A stretch of DNA of 64,000 nucleotides from a virus (lineage: Duplodnaviria; Caudoviricetes). Positions within the stretch are counted from its first letter, which is position 1. The number at the start of each line of letters is the position of its first letter. Below, in pieces: positions 63,989-64,000 of the stretch. A model generated the notes under the pieces. It saw nothing but the letters and a program-made list of their open reading frames with translations. It had not been told where the DNA came from and ran no database searches. The position numbers were made by a program, and so were the translations under genes. The stretch is from positions 21,214 to 85,213 of the IMG/VR virus record IMGVR_UViG_3300028833_000119, one strand, 5' to 3'.

Positions 63989-64000
63989 AGGTTATGTAAT

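Overview
64-kb segment of a large tailed dsDNA phage, most likely a long-tailed siphovirus of a Firmicutes/Clostridia-type host (inferred from strong AGGAGG RBSs, sigmaA-type promoters and an SPbeta-like head-gene order). Two divergent arms meet at a ~1.9-kb non-coding centre (29.6-31.5 kb). The left arm (minus strand) carries dozens of small early ORFs, then a tyrosine recombinase, AAA ATPase, SSB, sigma-like factor, DUF2828 (Ro60/TROVE-like vWA) protein, primase-helicase, Cas4-like nuclease, HNH endonuclease and DnaE (runs off the window). The right arm carries an AEP prim-pol, middle genes, an RNA gene cluster, a metallophosphoesterase, terminase, portal, capsid, a tail tube gene split by a group I intron with a GIY-YIG endonuclease, frameshifted tail chaperones and a 2501-aa tape measure. 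Most striking observations: (1) a tRNA with a CUA (amber) anticodon together with two middle genes, one a sigma-region-4-like HTH, each interrupted by a single in-frame TAG in the same RUA-UAG-GA context, while no gene end I checked uses TAG. This suggests a minimal suppressor-gated switch. (2) Four copies of a small RNA-like element, AAGACSC-NN-RCAGCAA...GSGTCTTG, two displaying anticodon-like stem-loops. (3) A divergent tmRNA-like gene. (4) An ~860-nt structured non-coding leader. (5) A dense DnaA-box cluster. (6) A polar TTCCGC repeat gradient around two ribbon-helix-helix genes. All calls were made by eye without database searches.
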